DNA of 32,000 nucleotides, from positions 3,630,001 through 3,662,000 of the forward strand of contig NC_010546.1 in the NCBI RefSeq assembly GCF_000017845.1. The letters are read 5' to 3'. Position 1 is the first letter of the stretch; every line of letters starts with the position of its first letter. The position numbers and the translations under genes are program-made. Positions 24,407 through 32,000 of this stretch are shown one piece after another. This stretch comes from Crocosphaera subtropica ATCC 51142. GTDB lineage: Bacteria > Cyanobacteriota > Cyanobacteriia > Cyanobacteriales > Microcystaceae. The notes below the pieces were generated by a model that was not told the origin of the DNA, did not search any database, and worked only from the letters and a program-made list of their open reading frames with translations.

Positions 24407-24658
24407 TTAATTAGATAAAAGAATCACTGAAAAAACTGCATTCAACTTTGTTAAATGCTTTTCTAGCTGAGAACGACTAAAGCCATTATCTCTATCTATA
24501 TTCTTCCTTGTTAAGACAGAATTTTCTGTTAACTTAGATTCTAAGACTTGAGCCTGTTGTAGTAATATTTTTAATGCACTTTCTACATTAATTTATTTTT
24601 CAATGGATAATTGTATAGCTTTGTTCAAAAATCTGAAATGGTATTCGTGCATATCCAT
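24407..24658 (-). pseudogene. Possible nonsense-interrupted small ORF (83 codons with an in-frame TAA at codon 22)
   Basis: My manual translation gives MDMHEYHFRFLNKAIQLSIEK*INVESALKILLQQAQVLESKLTENSVLTRKNIDRDNGFSRSQLEKHLTKLNAVFSVILLSN*. GAGG lies 9 nt upstream of the ATG. There is no start codon after the internal stop and no homology evidence. Confidence 0.2.
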
Positions 24659-25050
24659 AATTGATGCCTCGTTATTTAGAAAATCGGCTTAATGTTTCGT
24701 AATAATTTATCTAGTTTTTTCTTGGTTAAAATTATAGCAAAATCAAAATTAAGATGACTTGTAAATATACCCAATCTCTTGTATAGTCTTAGGAAAACAT
24801 TAAATTTTTTCTCTCTTAATTAAAATTTAGGTTTCTCTCTTTTTTGAATTTTTGTATCAAGTTGTTGAAGCAATTTCTCATAATCTCTTGACGATTACTG
24901 AGATTGTTGTAAGGAAAGAAAAAGTTTTTTGTAGATATAATAAATTTGCCATTTGGGGGATGCCAAACCCCTTATAAATTACTTAGGATTTTGAACAAGC
25001 CTGATGGAAAGAAGGATAAAAGTTCTTGCCGTAACCAAAGTAACGATTAG

Positions 25051-25284
25051 ATGAGGAACAAAATAGTGAATACAAAAATTATGCGACAACTTTGGTCAAT
25101 CATTGAGGAAAGTCCTGGAAAAACCTTAATGGGATTGAATGACTCAGATTTGATTAATCAGATAGTGAGTAAGCTAAGTGCTAGACAAAAGCTATCTTCA
25201 GAAGACTGTGGTGCTATCAACGCTTATCTTCGTTCCAGAATCTTGCTGATTCGAGAAATGGCAGAATATGGCGTGAGTCATTAA
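25051..25284 (+). CDS. Hypothetical small protein
   Basis: 77-aa ORF. An alternative start is the ATG at 25081 (MRQLWSIIEE...). No motif recognised. Confidence 0.4.
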   Translation: MRNKIVNTKIMRQLWSIIEESPGKTLMGLNDSDLINQIVSKLSARQKLSSEDCGAINAYLRSRILLIREMAEYGVSH

Positions 25285-25292
25285 AGCTAGTT

Positions 25293-25338
25293 TTGTATGT
25301 TAAGTTTAGTAAATAATAGTAATTTTTTTAACATACAA
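25293..25338 (+). other. Perfect 11-bp inverted repeat (stem-loop) just upstream of the hydrolase gene
   Basis: TTGTATGTTAA (25293-25303) pairs with TTAACATACAA (25328-25338) around a 24-nt loop. The second arm ends 5 nt before the ATG at 25344. Confidence 0.5.
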
Positions 25339-25343
25339 TTCTA

Positions 25344-26243
25344 ATGGTGCAGTCTTCTATCACAAACCCTATCATCCCGGAGGATGAGAAAACCTGGTAT
25401 TGGCGAGGCTATCCTGTCACTTATAGTCATTGTGGAGATCATGGGCCTGCTGTGGTTTTAGTTCATGGGTTTGGTGCGTCTTGGAGACATTGGCGGAAAA
25501 ATCTTCCCGTGTTAGGCAAAACCTGTCGCTGTTATGCTCTAGACTTAATTGGGTTTGGTGGTTCGGCCAAACCTATCCCAAAGCTAGAAATTGACTATAC
25601 ATTTGAGACTTGGGGGCAACAGTTAGCTGATTTTTGTCGAGAAGTGGTCGGAAGTCCGGCCGTTTTAGTGGGTAATTCTATTGGTTGTGTCGTGGTGATG
25701 CAAACGGCAGTAGATTACCCTGAATGGGTGTTAGGGATAGCTGCCCTCAATTGTTCATTAAGGTTACTTCATGAGCGCAAACAAGCGGATTTACCCTGGT
25801 ATCGTCGTGTGGGTGCTAATACCATGCAGCGTATTTTGACCAATAAGGCCATTGGTTCTTTGTTTTTTGCTCAAATTGCAAAACCCCGCACTGTCAGAAA
25901 GATTCTTTTACAAGCCTATCACCAACCAGAGGCCGTTACAGAAGAATTAATCGAACTCTTACTTAAACCTGCCCAAGATAAAGGTGCAGTAGATGTATTT
26001 TTAGCGTTTACCGCTTATTCTCAAGGTCCTTTACCCGAAGACTTATTGCCCCGTTTAACTTGTCCTACCATTCTTGTGTGGGGGGCTAAAGACCCGTGGG
26101 AAAAAATCGAAATAGCACAAGAATGGGCTAATTATTCTACAGTAGATAGATTTATTCCCCTTGAAGGTGTTGGCCATTGTCCCCAAGATGAAGCCCCAGA
26201 ATTAGTCAATCCTATTTTAGAAGAGTTTATTAATAATATTTAG
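25344..26243 (+). CDS. Alpha/beta-fold hydrolase
   Basis: 299-aa ORF with the oxyanion motif VHGFGAS, the nucleophile elbow GNSIG, and a C-terminal GVGHCPQDE containing the catalytic His. Confidence 0.85.
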   Translation: MVQSSITNPIIPEDEKTWYWRGYPVTYSHCGDHGPAVVLVHGFGASWRHWRKNLPVLGKTCRCYALDLIGFGGSAKPIPKLEIDYTFETWGQQLADFCREVVGSPAVLVGNSIGCVVVMQTAVDYPEWVLGIAALNCSLRLLHERKQADLPWYRRVGANTMQRILTNKAIGSLFFAQIAKPRTVRKILLQAYHQPEAVTEELIELLLKPAQDKGAVDVFLAFTAYSQGPLPEDLLPRLTCPTILVWGAKDPWEKIEIAQEWANYSTVDRFIPLEGVGHCPQDEAPELVNPILEEFINNI

Positions 26244-26395
26244 TTAAGTGCTTTGAAGTGCTTGACAACTTTAAGTATGTCTTAGGTCAGACTTCATATT
26301 TAAGTATCTATCACTCTAGACTGAAGTAATTTTGGTGATTAATTTTTAGACTGGGAGCAGAATCTTAAAATCAACAATTGTCAAAAATTAAGAGA

Positions 26396-26635
26396 ATGAA
26401 TATGACTTCAGTAACCGATAAAACCCAATGCACTACAGGAACAAGCAACGAAATTTATGACTTGGTTAGTGTTGTGTATCATGCTTTAGAAGGAGCAGTC
26501 ACCTATGACCAATATATCGAAGATGCTAAGTCTGCGGGTGATAACGAATTAGCGTCTTTCTTTGAGGAATTAAAAGACAATAACTGTCAGATGGCCAACA
26601 AAGCCAAGTCTTTGCTAAAAAGTCGCATGGACTAA
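26396..26635 (+). CDS. Small helical protein of unknown function (ferritin-like or four-helix-bundle-like appearance)
   Basis: The track ORF begins at a TTG (26378). In-frame ATGs at 26396 and 26402 are more plausible starts. The sequence YDLVSVVYHALEGAVTYDQYIEDAKSAGDNELASFFEELKDNNCQMANKAKSLL is amphipathic-helical. Confidence 0.5.
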   Translation: MNMTSVTDKTQCTTGTSNEIYDLVSVVYHALEGAVTYDQYIEDAKSAGDNELASFFEELKDNNCQMANKAKSLLKSRMD

Positions 26636-26662
26636 TGAGTAAATTGCAAAGGTGTTAAATCA

Positions 26663-27250
26663 ATGAAACCAAACTCTAACAGACGATTGAGAATGGGGAC
26701 TTTGCTGGCTCGTAATTGGTGGACGGTCGCCTTACGGGGAGTGATTGCCTTGCTATTCGGGATAGCAGTCTTTGTTTGGCCAGGGGTTACGTTGGCAGTT
26801 CTCGTGGGTCTTTTTGGCTTTTTTGCCTTAATAGGTGGACTTTTATTATTAGTTGCAACCATTAAACAACGTCGTACTGACGAACCTTGGGGTTTGCTCT
26901 TGCTAGAAGGACTATTTAGCATCGCCATCGGTATAGCCGTCTTTGCATGGCCAGGGATGACTGGATTATTCTTGGTTTATTTAATTGCAGCTTGGGCAAT
27001 TATGTCAGGAATTTTCGAGCTAATTGCTGCGATTCAACTGCGACGGCAGATAAGAAATGAATGGCTGTTAATCGTAGCAGCGATTGCTTCCCTTGTGTTT
27101 GGTTTTCTCTTGGTACTCTGGCCAGTGGCGGGTGCATTGGCAATAATGTGGGTAATCGGAGCTTATGCCCTTATTTTTGGCATACTTTTCATAATTCTTG
27201 CCTTTCGATTACGAAATTGGAATAGAAGAGAGTCGCAACCATTGATTTAG
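26663..27250 (+). CDS. HdeD-family (DUF308) membrane protein
   Basis: 195-aa ORF with six hydrophobic helices and the repeated signature W..ALRG..ALLFGI.VF.WPG... Two repeat units are present (VFVWPGVTLAVL and VFAWPGMTGLFL). Confidence 0.8.
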   Translation: MKPNSNRRLRMGTLLARNWWTVALRGVIALLFGIAVFVWPGVTLAVLVGLFGFFALIGGLLLLVATIKQRRTDEPWGLLLLEGLFSIAIGIAVFAWPGMTGLFLVYLIAAWAIMSGIFELIAAIQLRRQIRNEWLLIVAAIASLVFGFLLVLWPVAGALAIMWVIGAYALIFGILFIILAFRLRNWNRRESQPLI

Positions 27251-27535
27251 GAGTCTATAATAAACCTCTTAGGAAACAAATTGGGACAAGGACCAAAAAG
27301 CGATCGCTTCATTCTTATCACCAAAGGCGGGACTTTTCCCAAACTAATATGAAATCGCTATATTCTATGCAAATGAAAACTGCTATTAGAGTCTAGCTAA
27401 AGTCCCAATAAGATTATTGAAACAATCCCGTTCCCTGTTCCCTTCTCAAAGAAAATACTGTCATTGTTAACTCATTAGGATAAGATGATAAAAAATTAAT
27501 TCACTGCTGTCGTCGATATTGGGTGAGGAGTTAGG

Positions 27536-29878
27536 GTGTTGAATCGATTTCAATCCAAGGTTAAACAACAACTAAGACAACTATTGCTGTCCATGGCCGA
27601 TAAATTAGACAGTGACCCCTCTACAACCCAGTTAGTGACTTCCGAAAAACCAAGAAGACGCAGAAGACGCAGAAGAGAAAATAAAGAGCCAAACAAAAAC
27701 ATATTCACGCAAAAAATAATAACACCCTTGCAAAAAATAGCTGCAGTGCGTCGGGGGCAACGGTTTTGGTTATTTGTCGGAGTGGGTTTAGGGGTCAGTA
27801 GCGGTGCGATCACCCTAGGATACGGTGTTTATCAAATAGAAACCAGTATTACCGAATCCGTGGAAGATGTGTTAGTTTATGCTCGTCCCGAAACCTTGAC
27901 CATTGAAGGAGCAGACGGAGAAATTCTACAACAAATTGGCCCAGTGAGCCACGAAAAATTGAAAATATGGCAGATTCCTGATACCGTACAACAAGCCTTT
28001 ATTGCCAGCGAAGATAGTCGCTTTAAAAACCATCGAGGGGTAGATATACAAGGGATTATTCGGGCTGCTTTTTCTAACTTCCAAGCAGGGGAAGTGGTAG
28101 AAGGGGGAAGCACAATTACCCAACAGTTAGCGAGAATTGTCTTTTTAAATCAAGAGCGCAGTTTTACCCGAAAATTTAAAGAAATGCGCCTCGCCCAAAA
28201 AATTGAAAATAACTTTACCAAACAGCAGATATTAGAACGGTATCTAAACTTAGTTTACTTAGGATCGGGAGCCTACGGTGTGGCCGACGCTGCTTGGGTC
28301 TATTTTAGTAAACCGATCGAAGACTTAACCATCTCAGAAGCAGCTACATTAGCGGGTATTGTTCCGGCACCGAGTTTATATTCACCCCTAGAAAACAAAG
28401 AAGCGGCCAAGAAACAACGGGACTTAGTCTTAGAAAGAATGGCTAAAGAAGAATTGATTACCGAGTCTCAATTCAAAAATGCGATCGCTTCTCCCCTCAC
28501 TGTTAACCCCAGTCAACCCAAACGTTTCGCTAGAAAAGCCCCCTATTTTACCGATTATATTCGACAGCAACTGCCTAACTATCTTTCCCAAGAGGTGATC
28601 CAAGCAGGAGGGATCACCGTTGAAACCACCCTGAATACCCAATGGCAAGCAGCAGCAGAAAAAGCGATCGAGAACGCCATTAGCTATGGTCGATGGCAAG
28701 GATACAAACAAGCCTCATTAACCGCCATTGACCCCCGTAACGGACAAATAAAGGTGATGGTAGGGGGTAACGACTACGAAAATAATCAATATAACCGTGT
28801 TACCCAAGCCAAACGTCAACCCGGTTCTACTTTTAAAGCGTTTGTGTATGCTACAGCGATCGCTGCTGGTTTTTCTCCCTATCGCACCTTTACCGATGCT
28901 CCCTATATTGTTGATGGGTATCGGCCTGAAAATTATGGAGATCAATACAGTGGGGGACAGGTTTCTATGCGTCAGGCCATTGCCTCGTCTTTAAATGTGG
29001 TGGCGGTACAAGCGTTAGTGCAAGTGGGTTGGAACCCCATCATTAATATAGCGCAACGCATGGGCATCCAATCCGAACTGAAACCCACCTATTCCTTAGC
29101 ATTGGGAGCCTGGGAAGTCAACTTATTAGAACTGACCAACGCTTACGCCACTTTAGCCAACGAAGGGGTGTATCAAGAAGCCCACGGTATCAGTCGTATT
29201 TTAGATCGTCACGGTAAAGTCATTTATCAAGCCCAACCCGATACCCTACAGGCGATCGATGCGAATACCACCAATATTATGACTTGGATGTTGCGAGGGG
29301 TGGTGACATCGGGAACAGGAACCCCTGCTAGTCTCGGAAGACGACCGGTTGCAGGAAAAACAGGAACCTCCGATCAAGCCAGAGACTTATGGTTTGTGGG
29401 CTATATTCCCCAATTAACTGCCGGGGTTTGGCTTGGTAACGATAATAATAAGCCTACTTGGGGCGCAAGTACCACCGCAGCTAGGGTATGGGGAGAGTTT
29501 ATGGAAGAGGCAACGGAGAATATGGACATTGAGTCCTTTCCCGACTTACCCCGTCTAGACGGACGCAAAGGTAGCATTGAAGCCGAACCCCTCAAACCCA
29601 AAAAAGCTTATTATCAAAGGGTTGCTCCCCCCGAACCGGAACCCGAACCCCAAGCCCGTAGAACGACCCGTCGTCGTTACGCTCGTCGCCCCTCTAGCAC
29701 CACCCAAACGGCAACCCCCCGCCCCCAAAGAACGGTGAATCGTTCCCCTGTTCGTTCCCAGACAGCAGCAGCCCCAAAACCCGATCCCAACCCTGTTGAA
29801 CCCGTTGTGGCATCTCCTACCCCTGAAGTGGCCCCTCCTGCCCCTCCTGCCCCTCCTGCTGCGCGTAAGACGGAGTAA
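27536..29878 (+). CDS. Class A (bifunctional) penicillin-binding protein, PBP1A-type
   Basis: 780-aa ORF. Glycosyltransferase motifs are EDSRFKNHRGVD, GGSTITQQ and RKFKEMRLA. Transpeptidase motifs are STFK, SLN and KTGT. The GTG start is preceded by GAGGAG. It has an N-terminal poly-Arg stretch, a TM anchor and a Pro-rich C-terminal tail. Confidence 0.9.
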   Translation: MLNRFQSKVKQQLRQLLLSMADKLDSDPSTTQLVTSEKPRRRRRRRRENKEPNKNIFTQKIITPLQKIAAVRRGQRFWLFVGVGLGVSSGAITLGYGVYQIETSITESVEDVLVYARPETLTIEGADGEILQQIGPVSHEKLKIWQIPDTVQQAFIASEDSRFKNHRGVDIQGIIRAAFSNFQAGEVVEGGSTITQQLARIVFLNQERSFTRKFKEMRLAQKIENNFTKQQILERYLNLVYLGSGAYGVADAAWVYFSKPIEDLTISEAATLAGIVPAPSLYSPLENKEAAKKQRDLVLERMAKEELITESQFKNAIASPLTVNPSQPKRFARKAPYFTDYIRQQLPNYLSQEVIQAGGITVETTLNTQWQAAAEKAIENAISYGRWQGYKQASLTAIDPRNGQIKVMVGGNDYENNQYNRVTQAKRQPGSTFKAFVYATAIAAGFSPYRTFTDAPYIVDGYRPENYGDQYSGGQVSMRQAIASSLNVVAVQALVQVGWNPIINIAQRMGIQSELKPTYSLALGAWEVNLLELTNAYATLANEGVYQEAHGISRILDRHGKVIYQAQPDTLQAIDANTTNIMTWMLRGVVTSGTGTPASLGRRPVAGKTGTSDQARDLWFVGYIPQLTAGVWLGNDNNKPTWGASTTAARVWGEFMEEATENMDIESFPDLPRLDGRKGSIEAEPLKPKKAYYQRVAPPEPEPEPQARRTTRRRYARRPSSTTQTATPRPQRTVNRSPVRSQTAAAPKPDPNPVEPVVASPTPEVAPPAPPAPPAARKTE
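27653..27677 (+). repeat. Tandem 9-bp repeat (AGAAGACGC, two full units plus a partial AGAAGAG) encoding the poly-Arg stretch of the PBP
   Basis: AGAAGACGC AGAAGACGC AGAAGAG encodes the RRRRRRRR stretch in the cytoplasmic N-terminus. Confidence 0.8.
29831..29857 (+). repeat. Perfect tandem 9-bp repeat (GCCCCTCCT x3) encoding (APP)3 in the PBP C-terminal tail
   Basis: Read directly from the sequence: GCCCCTCCT GCCCCTCCT GCCCCTCCT. Confidence 0.9.
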
Positions 29879-29998
29879 CCTTTGATACCAAATCCGCTTA
29901 TCATCGTAAAGTAATTTTCTTTCTCCCTCTGCCTTCTCAAGATGATTGTCTACGGTCTAAAGCGGATCTAGTATGACAGGGTGAAAGTCTCCAATGTC

Positions 29999-30532
29999 TT
30001 AACCTCTTCTGCGCCAACGAGAGAGAAATCTGACACTCAGGAAATAGGTTAAGATTGAAGCGATCAAACCGACCACTAAACAGCCGAAAAATAAGGTCAC
30101 CAAAAACACTAAACCTGATGCTTTTAATTCCGCCCAAGATTGCCAATTATCGGGAAACGTGACTTGTGTTTTTCCGATTCCAAACCCTAATAATAATTCC
30201 CCAACTTTATAATTAAAGGCAAAAATCGGTACATAGGTCAAAGGGTTACTGATCCAAGTTCCGGCCGCTGCAGCTAATTTATGCCCACGAAATAAGACAG
30301 CTAACAAGACACCCATGATAGTTTGTAATCCAAACAAGGGGAAACAGCCAGCCAACACCCCAAAGGCTAACCCCCGTGAAATGTAGCGAGGAGTCCCCCG
30401 TAACCGCAAAAACCGCAAATAAAAGTAACGCCACGATCGCTTGATTTTAGAACGACGACGTTTCGACTGACGACGATGTTGAGGTTTTTTGTCCTGAAAA
30501 ATGACGGGAAGGGGAGACGGATCAAGAGACAT
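29999..30532 (-). CDS. DUF2062-domain membrane protein
   Basis: 177-aa ORF with a basic N-terminus (HRRQSKRRRSKIKRSW). The hydrophobic core YISRGLAFGVLAGCFPLFGLQTIMGVLLAVLFRGHKLAAAAGTWISNPLTYVP is typical of DUF2062. Confidence 0.7.
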   Translation of the reverse strand: MSLDPSPLPVIFQDKKPQHRRQSKRRRSKIKRSWRYFYLRFLRLRGTPRYISRGLAFGVLAGCFPLFGLQTIMGVLLAVLFRGHKLAAAAGTWISNPLTYVPIFAFNYKVGELLLGFGIGKTQVTFPDNWQSWAELKASGLVFLVTLFFGCLVVGLIASILTYFLSVRFLSRWRRRG

Positions 30533-30602
30533 TTTATCAAAAGTCAGGGGGGTTACTCTTTTTCTATGCTATCAATCCTTTTTAACATGAATACTAGATT
30601 TT

Positions 30603-31499
30603 TTATTTAGAAACAACCGAATCAATGCCAGCCTGATCTAAAATTTCAGGAATTAAGTCTTCTCGTTTAACGGCCATCATATGTACTCCTTGGCAGAGTT
30701 GTTGAGCGAGTTTAACTTGTTCGGCCGCAATTTTTATTCCTTCTTTTAATGGTTCTTCGGCTTCGGCTAACCGCTTAATAATCGTCTCAGGAATTTCTAC
30801 TCCAGGGACATTTTTGTTAATAAATTGAGCATTTTTAGCCGACTTCAAGAGAAAAATTCCGGCTAATATTGGTTTATCAGTATTGGAGGCAATTTGGTGC
30901 ATAAATTTATCCAATTTATCAAAATCAGTAATTAATTGACTTTGAAAAAATTGCGCCCCAGCAGCCACTTTTCGCTCAAATCTTCGTTGTAACCCTGACC
31001 AACTGCCACATTGAGGATCAACAGCAGCCCCTGGAAACAAGTCTAAAGGTTCATCAGGAAGGGTTTGATCGTTAAAATCAATGCCTCGATTGAGTTTATC
31101 AATCATTTGCAGTAATCTCACGGATTCTAACTCAAATACGGCCCTTGCTTTTTTGTGATCCCCTGCTTTGACGGGATCACCTGTTAACGCTAAGATATTG
31201 CGTAATCCTAAAGCGTAAGCCCCCATTAAGTCTGCTTGTAAGGCGATAATATTGCGATCGCGACAAGTCATTTGACAAATAGGTTCAATGCCATACTGTA
31301 ATAATAAGGCAGAAGCAGCCATCGAGGACATTCGCAGTACAGCACGACTCCCATCAGTAATATTAACCCCATGAACTCTACCTTTGAGTTGTTGAGCCAT
31401 TTGTAACATTCTGGTCGGGTTTGCGCCTTTCGGGGGGGTTACTTCTGCGGTGATTAAAAATTCTTTCTTTTGAGCAGCTTGGCGAAAATGGTTAATCAT
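30603..31499 (-). CDS. metF: Methylenetetrahydrofolate reductase
   Basis: 298-aa ORF with the MTHFR-family pattern FLITAEVTPPKG...VNITDGSRAVLRMSS...CQMTCRDRN..ALQADLMGA...NILALTGDP. Confidence 0.85.
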   Translation of the reverse strand: MINHFRQAAQKKEFLITAEVTPPKGANPTRMLQMAQQLKGRVHGVNITDGSRAVLRMSSMAASALLLQYGIEPICQMTCRDRNIIALQADLMGAYALGLRNILALTGDPVKAGDHKKARAVFELESVRLLQMIDKLNRGIDFNDQTLPDEPLDLFPGAAVDPQCGSWSGLQRRFERKVAAGAQFFQSQLITDFDKLDKFMHQIASNTDKPILAGIFLLKSAKNAQFINKNVPGVEIPETIIKRLAEAEEPLKEGIKIAAEQVKLAQQLCQGVHMMAVKREDLIPEILDQAGIDSVVSK

Positions 31500-31583
31500 A
31501 GGAAGGGTATCGGAGTAATAGTTAATTGGAGTGATACTAAAAAGGTTTAAAGATCAACAAAGAGAGATATTTTAACAGCAATA

Positions 31584-32000
31584 TTAAAGAGGGGGTAAAT
31601 AACCTAACGCCTCTTTTACTCTACTTAGGGTTTGATTGGCAACGGTTTCGGCTTTTTCTTTTCCGTCTCGTAACACCGAGTCTAAATAATCCTTATTGTC
31701 CATAATAGCTTGATAGTTATCCTGAATCGGTTTGAGAGCTTCTATGGTTGTCTCAGTCAATAGGGGTTTAAATTGACCCCATCCCATGTCTTGGCATTCT
31801 GTAGCGACTTCTTCTTTGCTCTTTCCTGATAATAACGTATATAAACCCAGTAAATTGTTACATTCAGGCCGTTCTTTATTATCAAATTCTAATCCTTTTA
31901 TGGGATCAGTTTTGCACTTTTTAATCTTTTTTTTGATAAGATCAGGGGAGTCAAGTAAGTTAATGCGACTGAGATCAGAGGGGTCAGATTTTGACATTTT
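31584..32000 (-). CDS. trpS: Tryptophan--tRNA ligase, C-terminal part; it runs off the right edge of the window
   Basis: The last window codon (AAA) plus the ORF gives the class I KMSKS motif (K-MSKSDPSDLSRINLLD). The TrpRS-like C-terminal anticodon-binding region follows (GWGQFKPLLTETTIEALKPIQDNY). Confidence 0.85.
   Translation of the reverse strand, partial: KMSKSDPSDLSRINLLDSPDLIKKKIKKCKTDPIKGLEFDNKERPECNNLLGLYTLLSGKSKEEVATECQDMGWGQFKPLLTETTIEALKPIQDNYQAIMDNKDYLDSVLRDGKEKAETVANQTLSRVKEALGYLPPL

Noticed and set aside
27550-29601. Several short ORFs within the PBP gene, most on the minus strand and one (28797-28994) in an alternative plus-strand frame
   Set aside because: All are embedded in a long ORF with a complete set of glycosyltransferase and transpeptidase motifs. 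None has recognisable features.
29677-30146. ORFs 29677-29940 and 29937-30146 on the minus strand
   Set aside because: The first is the Gly/Ala-rich antisense image of the Pro-rich PBP tail. The second overlaps the 3' end of the DUF2062 gene in another frame and extends into the intergenic gap.
1-32000. Search for CRISPR arrays, rRNA and tRNA genes, transposases, integrases and defence-system domains
   Set aside because: I saw no regularly spaced direct repeats of 25-40 bp, no rRNA- or tRNA-like sequence, and no nuclease, helicase, integrase or transposase motifs in any ORF.

Overview
This looks like a cyanobacterial chromosomal segment. I count 22 exact copies of the HIP1 octamer GCGATCGC, and the gene content fits: NdhD, CcmP, SLH/OprB porins and a PhoU/PhoR-type pair. 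The low G+C suggests a unicellular Cyanothece/Crocosphaera-type genome, but that is inference only. I support about 30 protein-coding genes. I saw no rRNA or tRNA genes, no CRISPR array, and no transposase, integrase or phage genes. Left to right: (1) a minus-strand membrane operon of COG0701 permease, TIGR03943/DUF1980 protein and an Ig-like protein; (2) a three-gene PaoABC/YagTSR-type molybdenum hydroxylase cluster; (3) a 667-bp gene-poor, repeat-rich spacer; (4) a GGDEF cyclase, a stand-alone M41-like HEXXH protein and a GNAT; (5) a CIA30/NAD(P)-binding fusion abutting bioD; (6) two tandem SLH-OprB porin paralogs, then phoU, a PhoR/SphS-like kinase and a glycerophosphodiesterase; (7) ndhD divergent from ccmP; (8) a small coiled-coil membrane protein, an orphan ABC ATPase and a 456-aa low-complexity protein; (9) a 690-bp AT-rich stretch without a long intact ORF; (10) an alpha/beta hydrolase, a small helical protein, HdeD, a class A PBP, DUF2062, metF and the 3' end of trpS. 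I did not find a clear self-contained novel multi-gene system, and no defence-type or mobile-element domains. The most interesting signals are: a mosaic, gene-conversion-like identity pattern between the porin paralogs; ribosome-binding regions in both porins that are complementary to the conserved Yfr1 sRNA motif; two short structured repeat families shared between distant intergenic regions; paired CRP-type sites and an sRNA-like module upstream of the GGDEF gene; a cysteine-rich permease/DUF1980/Ig-like operon of unknown substrate; and a Pao-type Mo-hydroxylase lacking a Tat signal and an adjacent maturation chaperone. All functional calls come from motif recognition by eye. No database search was run.
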